From: Abditibacteriaceae bacterium
GTDB taxonomy: Bacteria > Armatimonadota > Abditibacteriia > Abditibacteriales > Abditibacteriaceae
Length of the DNA stretch: 44,271 nucleotides
Assembly (NCBI GenBank): GCA_031425655.1
Contig: JANPJS010000186.1
Location: 1-44,271 of the forward strand
Direction: 5' to 3'
In this document: positions 26,366-33,920 of the stretch, piece by piece
Numbering within the stretch: position 1 is the first letter of the stretch
Layout: the number at the start of each line of letters is the position of its first letter
The notes under the pieces: generated by a model
The model's database searches: none
What the model was told of the DNA's origin: nothing
What the model saw: the letters and a program-made list of their open reading frames with translations, nothing else
Position numbers and translations under genes: made by a program

Positions 26366-27823
26366 ATGCAACAGCGCAGCAAAGCTTTAACAGCGTGCAT
26401 CGGATTGGCGTCGTTGGCTGGAATCGGCGTTTGGCAGGGCGTCGCCCTGACCGATAACGGCGCCACCGGCGAGCCGAATCCGAAAAATGCACTGGTTTCC
26501 GCAACGGGCGAGGATTTAAGCAATTTGCCGTCGCTGCCAACCGAATACGTTCCGATGAGCGTGATTCTCAAAGACCGCGCTCGCCGCGCCAAATTGCCCA
26601 AGGCACTGCGCGATATGGTCTTTATACAGCCGCTCATCGGCGGGCAAAAGCTGCCGGAGGGCATGGAAACTTTGCCGGGCGCGCTGCCGTGGCCGGTCGG
26701 CAAGCCGCAAACTAATGCGCTGGCCCAAATAACGCCCGGCGCTAAAAAAGACAAAGCTTTACTCGATAGATTATTGGCGCAGGCGCCGCGTGCCGGACAG
26801 CCTTTGCCTCCCGCCGCGCCGCGTGCGGGCCAGCCACGAGGCGCGCAGCCGCGCCCCCCCGCTCGTCCGGCAGCGCGCCCCGCCGCTCGTCCGACACCCA
26901 GAATTCCCGCGCCGGGTTTGGGTTTGGCGCCGTATAGCGTAACAGCGGCGCGCACTCCGGCGCCGACGATTCCGCGTTGGGTGCGTTATCCGTTGGAATT
27001 CCAGTTGTGCGGCATCGGCATCGGCACGCGCGCCGTGGACAAAGATCGCTACAACCGCATTGATCGCTACGGCTTGTTCGCCATGCACGGCAACCCGACC
27101 GCCGTAGTCGTGCCGACAGCGGGCGGCGGCGTGACGATTCAACAGCAGCCTCCAGCGGTGGCTTCGCTTTTTCCCGCTGAGCAACAGGAGGGACTGCCCG
27201 ACTGGGCCGGCGCCATTACGGTTGGGCTGGACAACAACCACGTCGAATGGCTTTACAATCGTGAGACGTTTTCGATGGGCTTCGTGGTAGACCGTCTGGG
27301 TTTCGTGGATGCCATCGTCGCCGCCGGCATTTACTCGCCGATTGCCAAAACGCAGTTGGAAGACCCGCTGCATACCGTTCAGCTTGGCGACGACTTCCGC
27401 AAAGTGGTCTTCCGTTACGGCTATCCGGACACGATTGAAACCTACACCATTAACGCAATTGCCGGCGTCGGCTCCGCTACGGGCGGCGCGGGCGGGGCGG
27501 CAGGGGGAACGCCGGGAGCCGAGGGCGCTCCGGCGGGAGGCTCGCAGGGCACCGGCACTCCGACTGGCGGCACTCCGACTGGCGGGCAGGGCAGTTCAGG
27601 CTCATCACTAGGTGGCGAAGGCGGTGCTGGTGGAGCCGAAGGCGCCGCCGGCGGCGGCGGAGTGGCCGGCAACGCGGCTTTCCGCACTTTTGAATTGCGC
27701 TACGAGCAAAGCTATAACGTGGTCTTCACGCTGCGTGATAACCGCGTAGTGCGTATTTATATCTTCGGCGACCCCGACTTTTTCAATCTTCAGCGCCGCA
27801 AAGCTTTGCGCACACGGTATTAA
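26366..27823 (+). CDS. Hypothetical exported protein with Pro/Ala/Arg- and Gly-rich low-complexity linkers
   Basis: RBS AGGAG, an N-terminal hydrophobic segment, a long ORF and no recognised domain. Confidence 0.7.
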   Translation: MQQRSKALTACIGLASLAGIGVWQGVALTDNGATGEPNPKNALVSATGEDLSNLPSLPTEYVPMSVILKDRARRAKLPKALRDMVFIQPLIGGQKLPEGMETLPGALPWPVGKPQTNALAQITPGAKKDKALLDRLLAQAPRAGQPLPPAAPRAGQPRGAQPRPPARPAARPAARPTPRIPAPGLGLAPYSVTAARTPAPTIPRWVRYPLEFQLCGIGIGTRAVDKDRYNRIDRYGLFAMHGNPTAVVVPTAGGGVTIQQQPPAVASLFPAEQQEGLPDWAGAITVGLDNNHVEWLYNRETFSMGFVVDRLGFVDAIVAAGIYSPIAKTQLEDPLHTVQLGDDFRKVVFRYGYPDTIETYTINAIAGVGSATGGAGGAAGGTPGAEGAPAGGSQGTGTPTGGTPTGGQGSSGSSLGGEGGAGGAEGAAGGGGVAGNAAFRTFELRYEQSYNVVFTLRDNRVVRIYIFGDPDFFNLQRRKALRTRY

Positions 27824-27884
27824 TCAACAATGAAATGCGCGAGTGCCCCGGCACTCGCGCATTTCGCATTTTCAGGAGCGAAAC

Positions 27885-28658
27885 ATGAGCGGCGTATTAG
27901 CCGGCAAGACCGGCCTGATTTTTGGCGTGGCCAACAAGCGCAGTATCGCGTGGGCCATCGCGCAGGCGTGGGCGAAGGAAGGCGCGACTCTGATCTTCAA
28001 TTATCAAGGTGAGCGCTTAAAAGATAACGTCGAGGAACTGACTTCGACTTTTGGCCCGAACGTCGCCATCGCGCCGTGCGATGTTTCCAGCGACGAAGAA
28101 ATCGAGGCCTTTTTCGACTTCGTTAAAACCAAAACCGACCGCGTGGATTTGCTGCTGCATTCCGTGGCGTTCACGCGCAAGGAAACGCTGGCCGAGCCGT
28201 TCGTGCAAACCAGCCGCGACAACTTCCGCATCGCTCTCGACATCAGCGCGTATTCGCTTGTCGCTTTGGCGCAGCGCGCCGTGCCGCTAATGACGCAGGG
28301 CGGCAGCATCGTCGCCATGACTTATTTAGGCAGCGAGAAAGTGCTGCCCAATTACAACGTGATGGGCGTGGCCAAAGCCGCGCTCGAAGCCTCGGCGCGC
28401 TATCTGGCGCACAACCTCGGCCCGCAAAATATTCGCGTCAACTGCATCAGCGCCGGCCCGACCAATACCTTAGCCGCGCGCGGCATCAAAGGCTTCGGCG
28501 ATATGCTTTCCATCGCCAAAGAGCGCGCCCCGCTCGACTGGCAGGGCGACGCCAGCGAACTCGCCGGCACCGGCGTGTTCCTCGCCTCGGACGCCTCGGC
28601 CAAAATCACCGGCCAAGTGCTTTACGTGGACGGCGGCTATCAAATCATGGGAATGTGA
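27885..28658 (+). CDS. fabI: Enoyl-ACP reductase
   Basis: 'GLIFGVANKRSIAWAIA', 'ISAYSL', 'YNVMGVAKAALE', 'RVNCISAGP', 'ITGQVLYVDGG'. RBS AGGAG. Confidence 0.96.
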   Translation: MSGVLAGKTGLIFGVANKRSIAWAIAQAWAKEGATLIFNYQGERLKDNVEELTSTFGPNVAIAPCDVSSDEEIEAFFDFVKTKTDRVDLLLHSVAFTRKETLAEPFVQTSRDNFRIALDISAYSLVALAQRAVPLMTQGGSIVAMTYLGSEKVLPNYNVMGVAKAALEASARYLAHNLGPQNIRVNCISAGPTNTLAARGIKGFGDMLSIAKERAPLDWQGDASELAGTGVFLASDASAKITGQVLYVDGGYQIMGM

Positions 28659-28674
28659 AAACGCACTGGAAGAG

Positions 28675-28708
28675 CAAAGGGAGGCATCATTGCGATGCCT
28701 CCCTTTTC
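28675..28708. terminator. Bidirectional intrinsic terminator
   Basis: AAAGGGAGGCATC-ATTGC-GATGCCTCCCTTTT between convergent genes. Confidence 0.75.
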
Positions 28709-28746
28709 GGTTGCAGTTTTGTGGCCTCTAAGAACCGAACATCCCA

Positions 28747-30174
28747 TCACGGAACGGCGCTCAGCCATTGCTGCTGCAACGCTTTGAAATCTTCGCGCTC
28801 CATTTTACGCGCGGCGACATAACGGCTGTGTTCATTGTCGCGGGAATTCAGATGGCGGATGGGTCGGGGTGCCTCAATGCCGTGAATGCTGAGAGTCATC
28901 ACGACCTGCATCTCAGCGCCATGACAAGAGGCGCAGCGTGAGCGAAGCGGCACCAGAATCGGTGCGCCGCCATGGTTCGCATCGCCGTGAACAGTGGCGA
29001 AGGTGTAGTCATTTCCTGCCATGGGCAAATATGCAGGCTCATGATCGTCCGACGCACTCAACCCTCCTTCCTTAGGTTTCGTGAGGAGCAAACGGCGGCT
29101 GAGTTCAAAGGCGGCGATTTGCGCTTTGCCTGTGGCTTCTTGAACGACGGCGCCGGCTTGGCCTTTGGCAAAGCGGCGCATCTGCATCTCGTAGGTTAAG
29201 CGCGTGGGAACGACTTTGCCATCGCTGTTGATTAACAGGTTCTGTGTGACGAGCGCAACCGCTTCAAGCAGCTTGTTTTCGTTAAGTCTCTCCGGGCGTA
29301 AGGCTTTGAGAAAAAGACTTACGTCCTGCGGCGGCGAAGACGGCTTGACGAAGACACGAGCCGCGCGACGATAAGCCGAACTCATGTCATGCTGGCGTTC
29401 CGGCACCCATTGAATTTCCAACCATTCGCTGTTTTTCGCAAACAGGTCAGGCAAACGGTGCTTTTTGGCGGCAGCAGCATAATTGTCCGGCAAGGCGTCT
29501 ATTTCTTGAGATGTCAGCGCAAGTTTCTTGAGAAAGCGCAGCAGCAGCGGCATAAGGTGGTTTTTGCGCTGTTGTCGTTGCCGTCCTTCTTCGTCTTTAA
29601 TGCTAAAGTTGCGCGCGACAGATTCATAGGCTGCCCAAATATCGCTTTGCATCAGCGCACGGCTGACTGCCGACCGTTTGGATTGCTGGCGCAGTGCGTC
29701 CGTGAGAGCGCCTTCAAGTTGAGAGAAGCGCGGCTCATCAAGCACTTGGAAAGCGCCCGAAGCGCCGCCCATAGAAACGTATGAGGGGTAGAGAGGGTCA
29801 ATCGCGCGGTCGCCGCTTTCAATGCGCTGAAATAAGCGCGTGCTGGCCGCTAAGTGCGGCAATCCCATAGCTTCAACGGGATTGAAAGGCGCGGCACTTG
29901 TGAAATCGTTCGAGAGGCGCGTCTGAATAGTGCGTGTAAACAGGCAATGAAAAATCCGATTCCAAGAATCGTTTGGGTTATCCGCATAAACAGCTTGCGG
30001 CTCATCGTTGGTTAAAGAGCCGGCGAGATAATTGAGATTCGGTTCCGATGGTGCACCGGATTGCGCCAGGCACATGACGACCGTAAGTCCTGAAACCGAC
30101 GCCACAAACAGCGCCGCGACTCGTAAACGGTTGGCTTTGCGCGGCGAAAGGATGAAGCTGCTTTTGGTGAACAT
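28747..30174 (-). CDS. Hypothetical exported protein with a CxxCH motif (possibly the last cassette of the array)
   Basis: N-terminal hydrophobic segment and 'RCASCHG' near the C-terminus; it follows the degenerate attC at 30255-30308. Confidence 0.65.
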   Translation of the reverse strand: MFTKSSFILSPRKANRLRVAALFVASVSGLTVVMCLAQSGAPSEPNLNYLAGSLTNDEPQAVYADNPNDSWNRIFHCLFTRTIQTRLSNDFTSAAPFNPVEAMGLPHLAASTRLFQRIESGDRAIDPLYPSYVSMGGASGAFQVLDEPRFSQLEGALTDALRQQSKRSAVSRALMQSDIWAAYESVARNFSIKDEEGRQRQQRKNHLMPLLLRFLKKLALTSQEIDALPDNYAAAAKKHRLPDLFAKNSEWLEIQWVPERQHDMSSAYRRAARVFVKPSSPPQDVSLFLKALRPERLNENKLLEAVALVTQNLLINSDGKVVPTRLTYEMQMRRFAKGQAGAVVQEATGKAQIAAFELSRRLLLTKPKEGGLSASDDHEPAYLPMAGNDYTFATVHGDANHGGAPILVPLRSRCASCHGAEMQVVMTLSIHGIEAPRPIRHLNSRDNEHSRYVAARKMEREDFKALQQQWLSAVP

Positions 30175-30254
30175 TTTTACCCCTCACTAATGAGACTTCT
30201 TCCTATTCAGCATCGTTGCTCGTTGCGTGGGCCAGCCGGAATTATCGTGCAGTA

Positions 30255-30308
30255 TGCCAACGGCGGCGCTGTAGAGTGTTGGGTGTCGGGTGCAGCGCCT
30301 TGTTGTCT
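30255..30308 (-). other. Degenerate integron attC site
   Basis: Minus strand AGACAAC-AAGGCGCTGCACCCGAC...GTTGGCA. It shares AACAAGGCGCTGCACCCGAC with the attC at 31274-31359. Confidence 0.6.
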
Positions 30309-30327
30309 CGCTTGTTGATGCGTTTTG

Positions 30328-31227
30328 TTATGATGCTTGCGGATTTACGGCCAATTCTGCACCCGTCACGCCCTGTTTGATGGTGTTTTTACCATCGTTT
30401 TTCGCGGCATAAGTCAACTTATCTGCCAGATTGAGCAACTCATCCACTGACGGCGGAATGTCAATGCAGGTGAGCAAACCAATGCTAAACGAGACCGGCC
30501 AATTTTCCTTTTTCAACTCCTCCATCAATTTCTTTTGAATCTTCTGCACCAAGACTTGGGCGCCCTCTTGCCCAGTTTCCGGCAAAAGCAGGGCAAACTC
30601 ATCTCCTCCCAAACGTGCAACGACATCGGTTTCGCGCACATGGGCCTGAATCGTTTTGACGATGATGCGTAATAAATCGTCACCGGCTTTATGTCCCCTT
30701 GTGTCATTGACAGCTTTGAAATTGTCCACATCCATATGAACAACACTAAGCAGACGAGAATAGCGACGCGAGCGATGCAATTCCGCCTCTGCGACCTCAT
30801 AAAATGAGCGTGAATTCGCCGCGCCAGTCAAAAAGTCATTGCGTGCCAACTCCTTTTCATGTTCAAACGCTGTTCGCAATGACGACAGAAGTAGCGCGGT
30901 AACAGTGAAGAAAGCAAAGCGGGTGCTGGTGTTCCAGTATGGCGTGAAAGGGTTTGAATAAGTGGCACCGGCAGCTAAATCCGCTGCCATCCACGCACCC
31001 GCTGCCATGAAGCAGATACATAAACCAGCGGGGCGGCTCACAAAGTAAGACACGAGAGAGACAGGAATTAGATAAAAAACGGAAAAGGCAGCCTCATATC
31101 CTGTGAGAGCATCAATAAAGCCCAAGATGGCAACGAGGCCGAAGCCAGCATATAGCAAAGCTCTCTTGTTTTGCTGCTCCAGAAATTTTAGCCATTTCTC
31201 ACTTTGCTTTACTTTCATTGTAATCAA
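30328..31227 (-). CDS. Membrane-bound diguanylate cyclase (gene cassette)
   Basis: About four TM helices, 'DFLTGAAN', 'DVDNFKAVNDTRGHKAGD', RxxD I-site 'RETD' and 'RLGGDEF'. Confidence 0.92.
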   Translation of the reverse strand: MITMKVKQSEKWLKFLEQQNKRALLYAGFGLVAILGFIDALTGYEAAFSVFYLIPVSLVSYFVSRPAGLCICFMAAGAWMAADLAAGATYSNPFTPYWNTSTRFAFFTVTALLLSSLRTAFEHEKELARNDFLTGAANSRSFYEVAEAELHRSRRYSRLLSVVHMDVDNFKAVNDTRGHKAGDDLLRIIVKTIQAHVRETDVVARLGGDEFALLLPETGQEGAQVLVQKIQKKLMEELKKENWPVSFSIGLLTCIDIPPSVDELLNLADKLTYAAKNDGKNTIKQGVTGAELAVNPQAS

Positions 31228-31273
31228 TTGTAGCCCATTTATGTAGGGCTTGTAACCACGCCGCGCGCAAGCG

Positions 31274-31359
31274 AGATAACGACCAAGCTCACCCGCCGCC
31301 GAAAGCGAAGTGAGGAACGAACGAAGCTGTAGGCGGTCGGGTGCAGCGCCTTGTTGGGA
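31274..31359 (-). other. Integron attC site
   Basis: Minus strand TCCCAAC-AAGGCGCTGCACCCGACCGCC...GGCGGCGGGTGAGCTTGGTC-GTTATCT, an imperfect palindrome with AAC/GTT cores. Confidence 0.85.
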
Positions 31360-31386
31360 TGCGGTTTGGTTGTTGTAGCTGCTGTT

Positions 31387-31701
31387 TTATTGCTGCGTTT
31401 GAGCCTTAAGTTTCTCGTGCAGTTCACCGGCCTTAAAGAAGTTTATAACTGCAAAGTAACCAGCAATGTTGAACCTAACAACCGTTAAAAATATGGTGCG
31501 GTCGCTACAAACCAGCTTTATCATTCTGCCCAAGCCATGCATACGAAACATATCTACTGACACAAAAGAAGAGAAAGGCACCTCGAAAGATGACGCGCCA
31601 GAGATGAGCAGCGATTGCTCTTGCCAAGTCAAAGTGCCACCTTCAACTTTGGTCTTGACATCTATTTCTTCACCAATGTGATAAATGATTTTGTATTTCA
31701 T
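31387..31701 (-). CDS. Hypothetical protein (gene cassette)
   Basis: AT-rich ORF 'MKYKIIYHIGEEIDVKTK...' that fills the space between two recombination sites. Confidence 0.7.
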   Translation of the reverse strand: MKYKIIYHIGEEIDVKTKVEGGTLTWQEQSLLISGASSFEVPFSSFVSVDMFRMHGLGRMIKLVCSDRTIFLTVVRFNIAGYFAVINFFKAGELHEKLKAQTQQ

Positions 31702-31755
31702 TTGTATTTCATTTGTATTTTCACCGTATCGCACACAGAAGCACCGCGCGCCGCA

Positions 31756-31771
31756 GCCCAACTAATAATTA
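31756..31771 (-). other. Internal attI-like (non-palindromic) recombination junction
   Basis: Minus strand TAATTATTA-GTTGGGC; 15 bp identical to the array-leading site at 32937-32951. Confidence 0.55.
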
Positions 31772-31809
31772 GCCCGCTGTTCTTCAGCTTTCGTGACGAT
31801 GTATTTCTT

Positions 31810-32022
31810 TCATTCAGACCTTTTGAATACACGAGCGGCAACTATGACTCCAATTCCTCCACCGACTATTGCGGCTCCGCAGAGCACATACCAGAAATAT
31901 GGCAGAGCATCAGGAGTGAGCGCATCTCTGGGAGTGAGAGGCCATAGAGCAATAAAACTCACTGCCGCCAGACCCATAGCTCCAGCAATGCCTCCCGCAG
32001 CTAACGCCATGCCCCTTCTCAT
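31810..32022 (-). CDS. Small membrane protein (cassette); may be the frameshifted 3' half of the upstream ORF
   Basis: ATG overlaps the upstream TGA (ATGA); two TM segments. Confidence 0.5.
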   Translation of the reverse strand: MRRGMALAAGGIAGAMGLAAVSFIALWPLTPRDALTPDALPYFWYVLCGAAIVGGGIGVIVAARVFKRSE

Positions 32023-32282
32023 AGTTGAAGAAATGCGCGTAATATGAGTGCTGCAAGAGCTATGAGGCCGATGAACCCACAAATTGATAACCCCGTTTCA
32101 ATTTTTCTGTGATGGGATAACCTGACCACGATTCTCGCGCCGAATAAACACAAAAGCATCCAAAACCAGAGCGAAGCCGGACGCCCCACAGCAGCCTCAG
32201 CCAAACCTTGCAGAGCAATGATAATTGGCAAGAAGATGAAAACCGCACCGAAAGGTGCGAATGACTTGGCTTTGTGTGACAC
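32019..32282 (-). CDS. Small membrane protein (cassette)
   Basis: 87-aa hydrophobic ORF starting just inside the cassette. Confidence 0.55.
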   Translation of the reverse strand: MSHKAKSFAPFGAVFIFLPIIIALQGLAEAAVGRPASLWFWMLLCLFGARIVVRLSHHRKIETGLSICGFIGLIALAALILRAFLQL

Positions 32283-32338
32283 AGAACTATTATACGCTGT
32301 TAAAAATGACTTGGCGCACGTTCACGCCGCGCGCAGCC

Positions 32339-32414
32339 ACCGAACGACCAAGCTCGCCCGCCGGAAGCGTAGAGACTGAAGCTGCAGTAGGTCGGGTTCA
32401 GCGGCTTGTTGGGC
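32339..32414 (-). other. Integron attC site
   Basis: Minus strand GCCCAAC-AAGCCGCTGAACCCGACC...GGCGGGCGAGCTTGGTC-GTTCGGT; homologous to 31274-31359. Confidence 0.85.
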
Positions 32415-32434
32415 TGCTTGTTTGAGACGTTTGG

Positions 32435-32896
32435 TTAAGATTTTTTGGGAAATGGAGCGTATTGGTGAATCTCCTTCCACAGTTCCATAAATCCTCTCAT
32501 GTCCGTATTGCCTTCACGCACGAGCCAGTCTGCATCCGTTGCATTCACTGTTGTGTCTACCTCACCACAGTGGATGGAAATTACGTAAGATGGTGCATCA
32601 TCCATTGTGGCATTATAAGATCGCTCGTAAGAATGAAACCCAAGGTCTTCTGCTTTGAGGAGCAATTCGAGAACTGCTTCGACACTAATGTGGATTTGTT
32701 CCTGCCGTTCCTCTTGGATAATGCCGCTTTCCTTTGTCCACCGCCAAACCTTTACATCTTGAAAAAGGTTTCCTTCTTCGTCTATGACTAAGCGCCAGCG
32801 TGACAAATCTTCAGAGAAGCCAGAATGAAACTTTGCGCCAATAATGGCTCCGGGCAACATGAGATTTGACGATCCGAAAAATGCACGCGCTTTCAT
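32435..32896 (-). CDS. Hypothetical protein (first cassette)
   Basis: AT-rich ORF between the attI-like site and the first attC. The start is uncertain (32896 or 32860). Confidence 0.65.
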   Translation of the reverse strand: MKARAFFGSSNLMLPGAIIGAKFHSGFSEDLSRWRLVIDEEGNLFQDVKVWRWTKESGIIQEERQEQIHISVEAVLELLLKAEDLGFHSYERSYNATMDDAPSYVISIHCGEVDTTVNATDADWLVREGNTDMRGFMELWKEIHQYAPFPKKS

Positions 32897-32935
32897 ATCA
32901 AAAAGTATCGCTTTCAGCTGAGCCGCGCGCAAACC

Positions 32936-32965
32936 ACCCAACTAATAATTATGTGCAACTATTCA
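32936..32965 (-). other. Putative integron attI site
   Basis: Minus strand ...AGTTGCACATAATTATTA-GTTGGGT at the head of the cassette array, preceded by an AT-rich non-coding region. Confidence 0.55.
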
Positions 32966-33079
32966 ATACAACACGGAAAATTGCTGTGCATTATTTAGAT
33001 TCAACGCATCATGCCGAATAACGAGAGTCGGGAATATTCGGCGCGCAGACTCGAATAAAAAGCGCACCGCACAAACACG

Positions 33080-33107
33080 AACGGGCCGCCAAATCTGGCG
33101 GCCCGTT
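33080..33107. terminator. Hairpin/terminator downstream of the prepilin-type gene
   Basis: AACGGGCCGCCA-AATC-TGGCGGCCCGTT. Confidence 0.55.
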
Positions 33108-33115
33108 GCTGTTTC

Positions 33116-33781
33116 TCAGGGACAATCAGTGGCGGCAAAGCGAAAGTCGGCTTTGGTTAATTGGTCTTCGCGGCGCCATTTGACATGGCCGTCCAAAAAA
33201 GCGAAGTTGGCGCCGCCCAGGTGGATCAGGGTCGGTCTATCAATACTGCCGCAAAGGACAGGACTGAAATTGCCGTCGTTGAGAGTATCGCTTTCATCCA
33301 CCAAAAGGACAGTCGTGGAAACCTGAGCGGCAGTGGACATTTTCCTCTTCGAGCAAAGGATGTTCATGGAATAGCTCAGGTTGGTGCCGTCCGAAGCGGG
33401 ATCGGAGGGACAAATGTAAACCTGATGATTCTTCACATAAGGATAAAGTCCTCCTTTGTCCACGGCAGCCGGGAAAACGTAGGCCGCGCCGCCGCCGCCC
33501 AGCACCCAGCCACCTTCGATTCCATCCGAACCCTGCGCCGAATGCGGCAGACGCCCATCGTAATCCGCCTGATATTGCGTGAAAGCCAAGCCCAGTTGGC
33601 GCAGATTGCTGCCGCAACTCGTCTTGCGTGCGTTTTCACGCGCGCGGGCAAACGAGGGAAACAGAATCGCCGCGAGAAGCGCGATTATCGCGATTACGAC
33701 CAAAAGCTCGATCAGCGTGAACGCGCGGCGGGGTGATGCGTTCATCCTCGACACGGTGCGACGAAACGATGCCGTGGGCAT
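33116..33781 (-). CDS. Prepilin-type N-methylation / H-X9-DG (DUF1559-like) protein
   Basis: '[23 protein letters not shown]...[17 protein letters not shown]' and '[15 protein letters not shown]'. The start may be 33745. Confidence 0.9.
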   Translation of the reverse strand: MPTASFRRTVSRMNASPRRAFTLIELLVVIAIIALLAAILFPSFARARENARKTSCGSNLRQLGLAFTQYQADYDGRLPHSAQGSDGIEGGWVLGGGGAAYVFPAAVDKGGLYPYVKNHQVYICPSDPASDGTNLSYSMNILCSKRKMSTAAQVSTTVLLVDESDTLNDGNFSPVLCGSIDRPTLIHLGGANFAFLDGHVKWRREDQLTKADFRFAATDCP

Positions 33782-33920
33782 TTGTGGCTCCTTATAAATT
33801 ACGGGGGGAAATTGGCTTCTATTATAGGGCGCGCGTGTTGGCCGCGCAAGCCATTGTGGTCACAAGGCCGCGTTTGGGTAACCTATCGCATACAAGCGCA
33901 ATTTACCCAAAGGAAAAGAT

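Noticed and set aside
26780..27670. Short tandem repeats in the exported hypothetical gene
   Set aside because: In-frame low-complexity linker coding (PAAR, GTPTG); no sign of a separate element.
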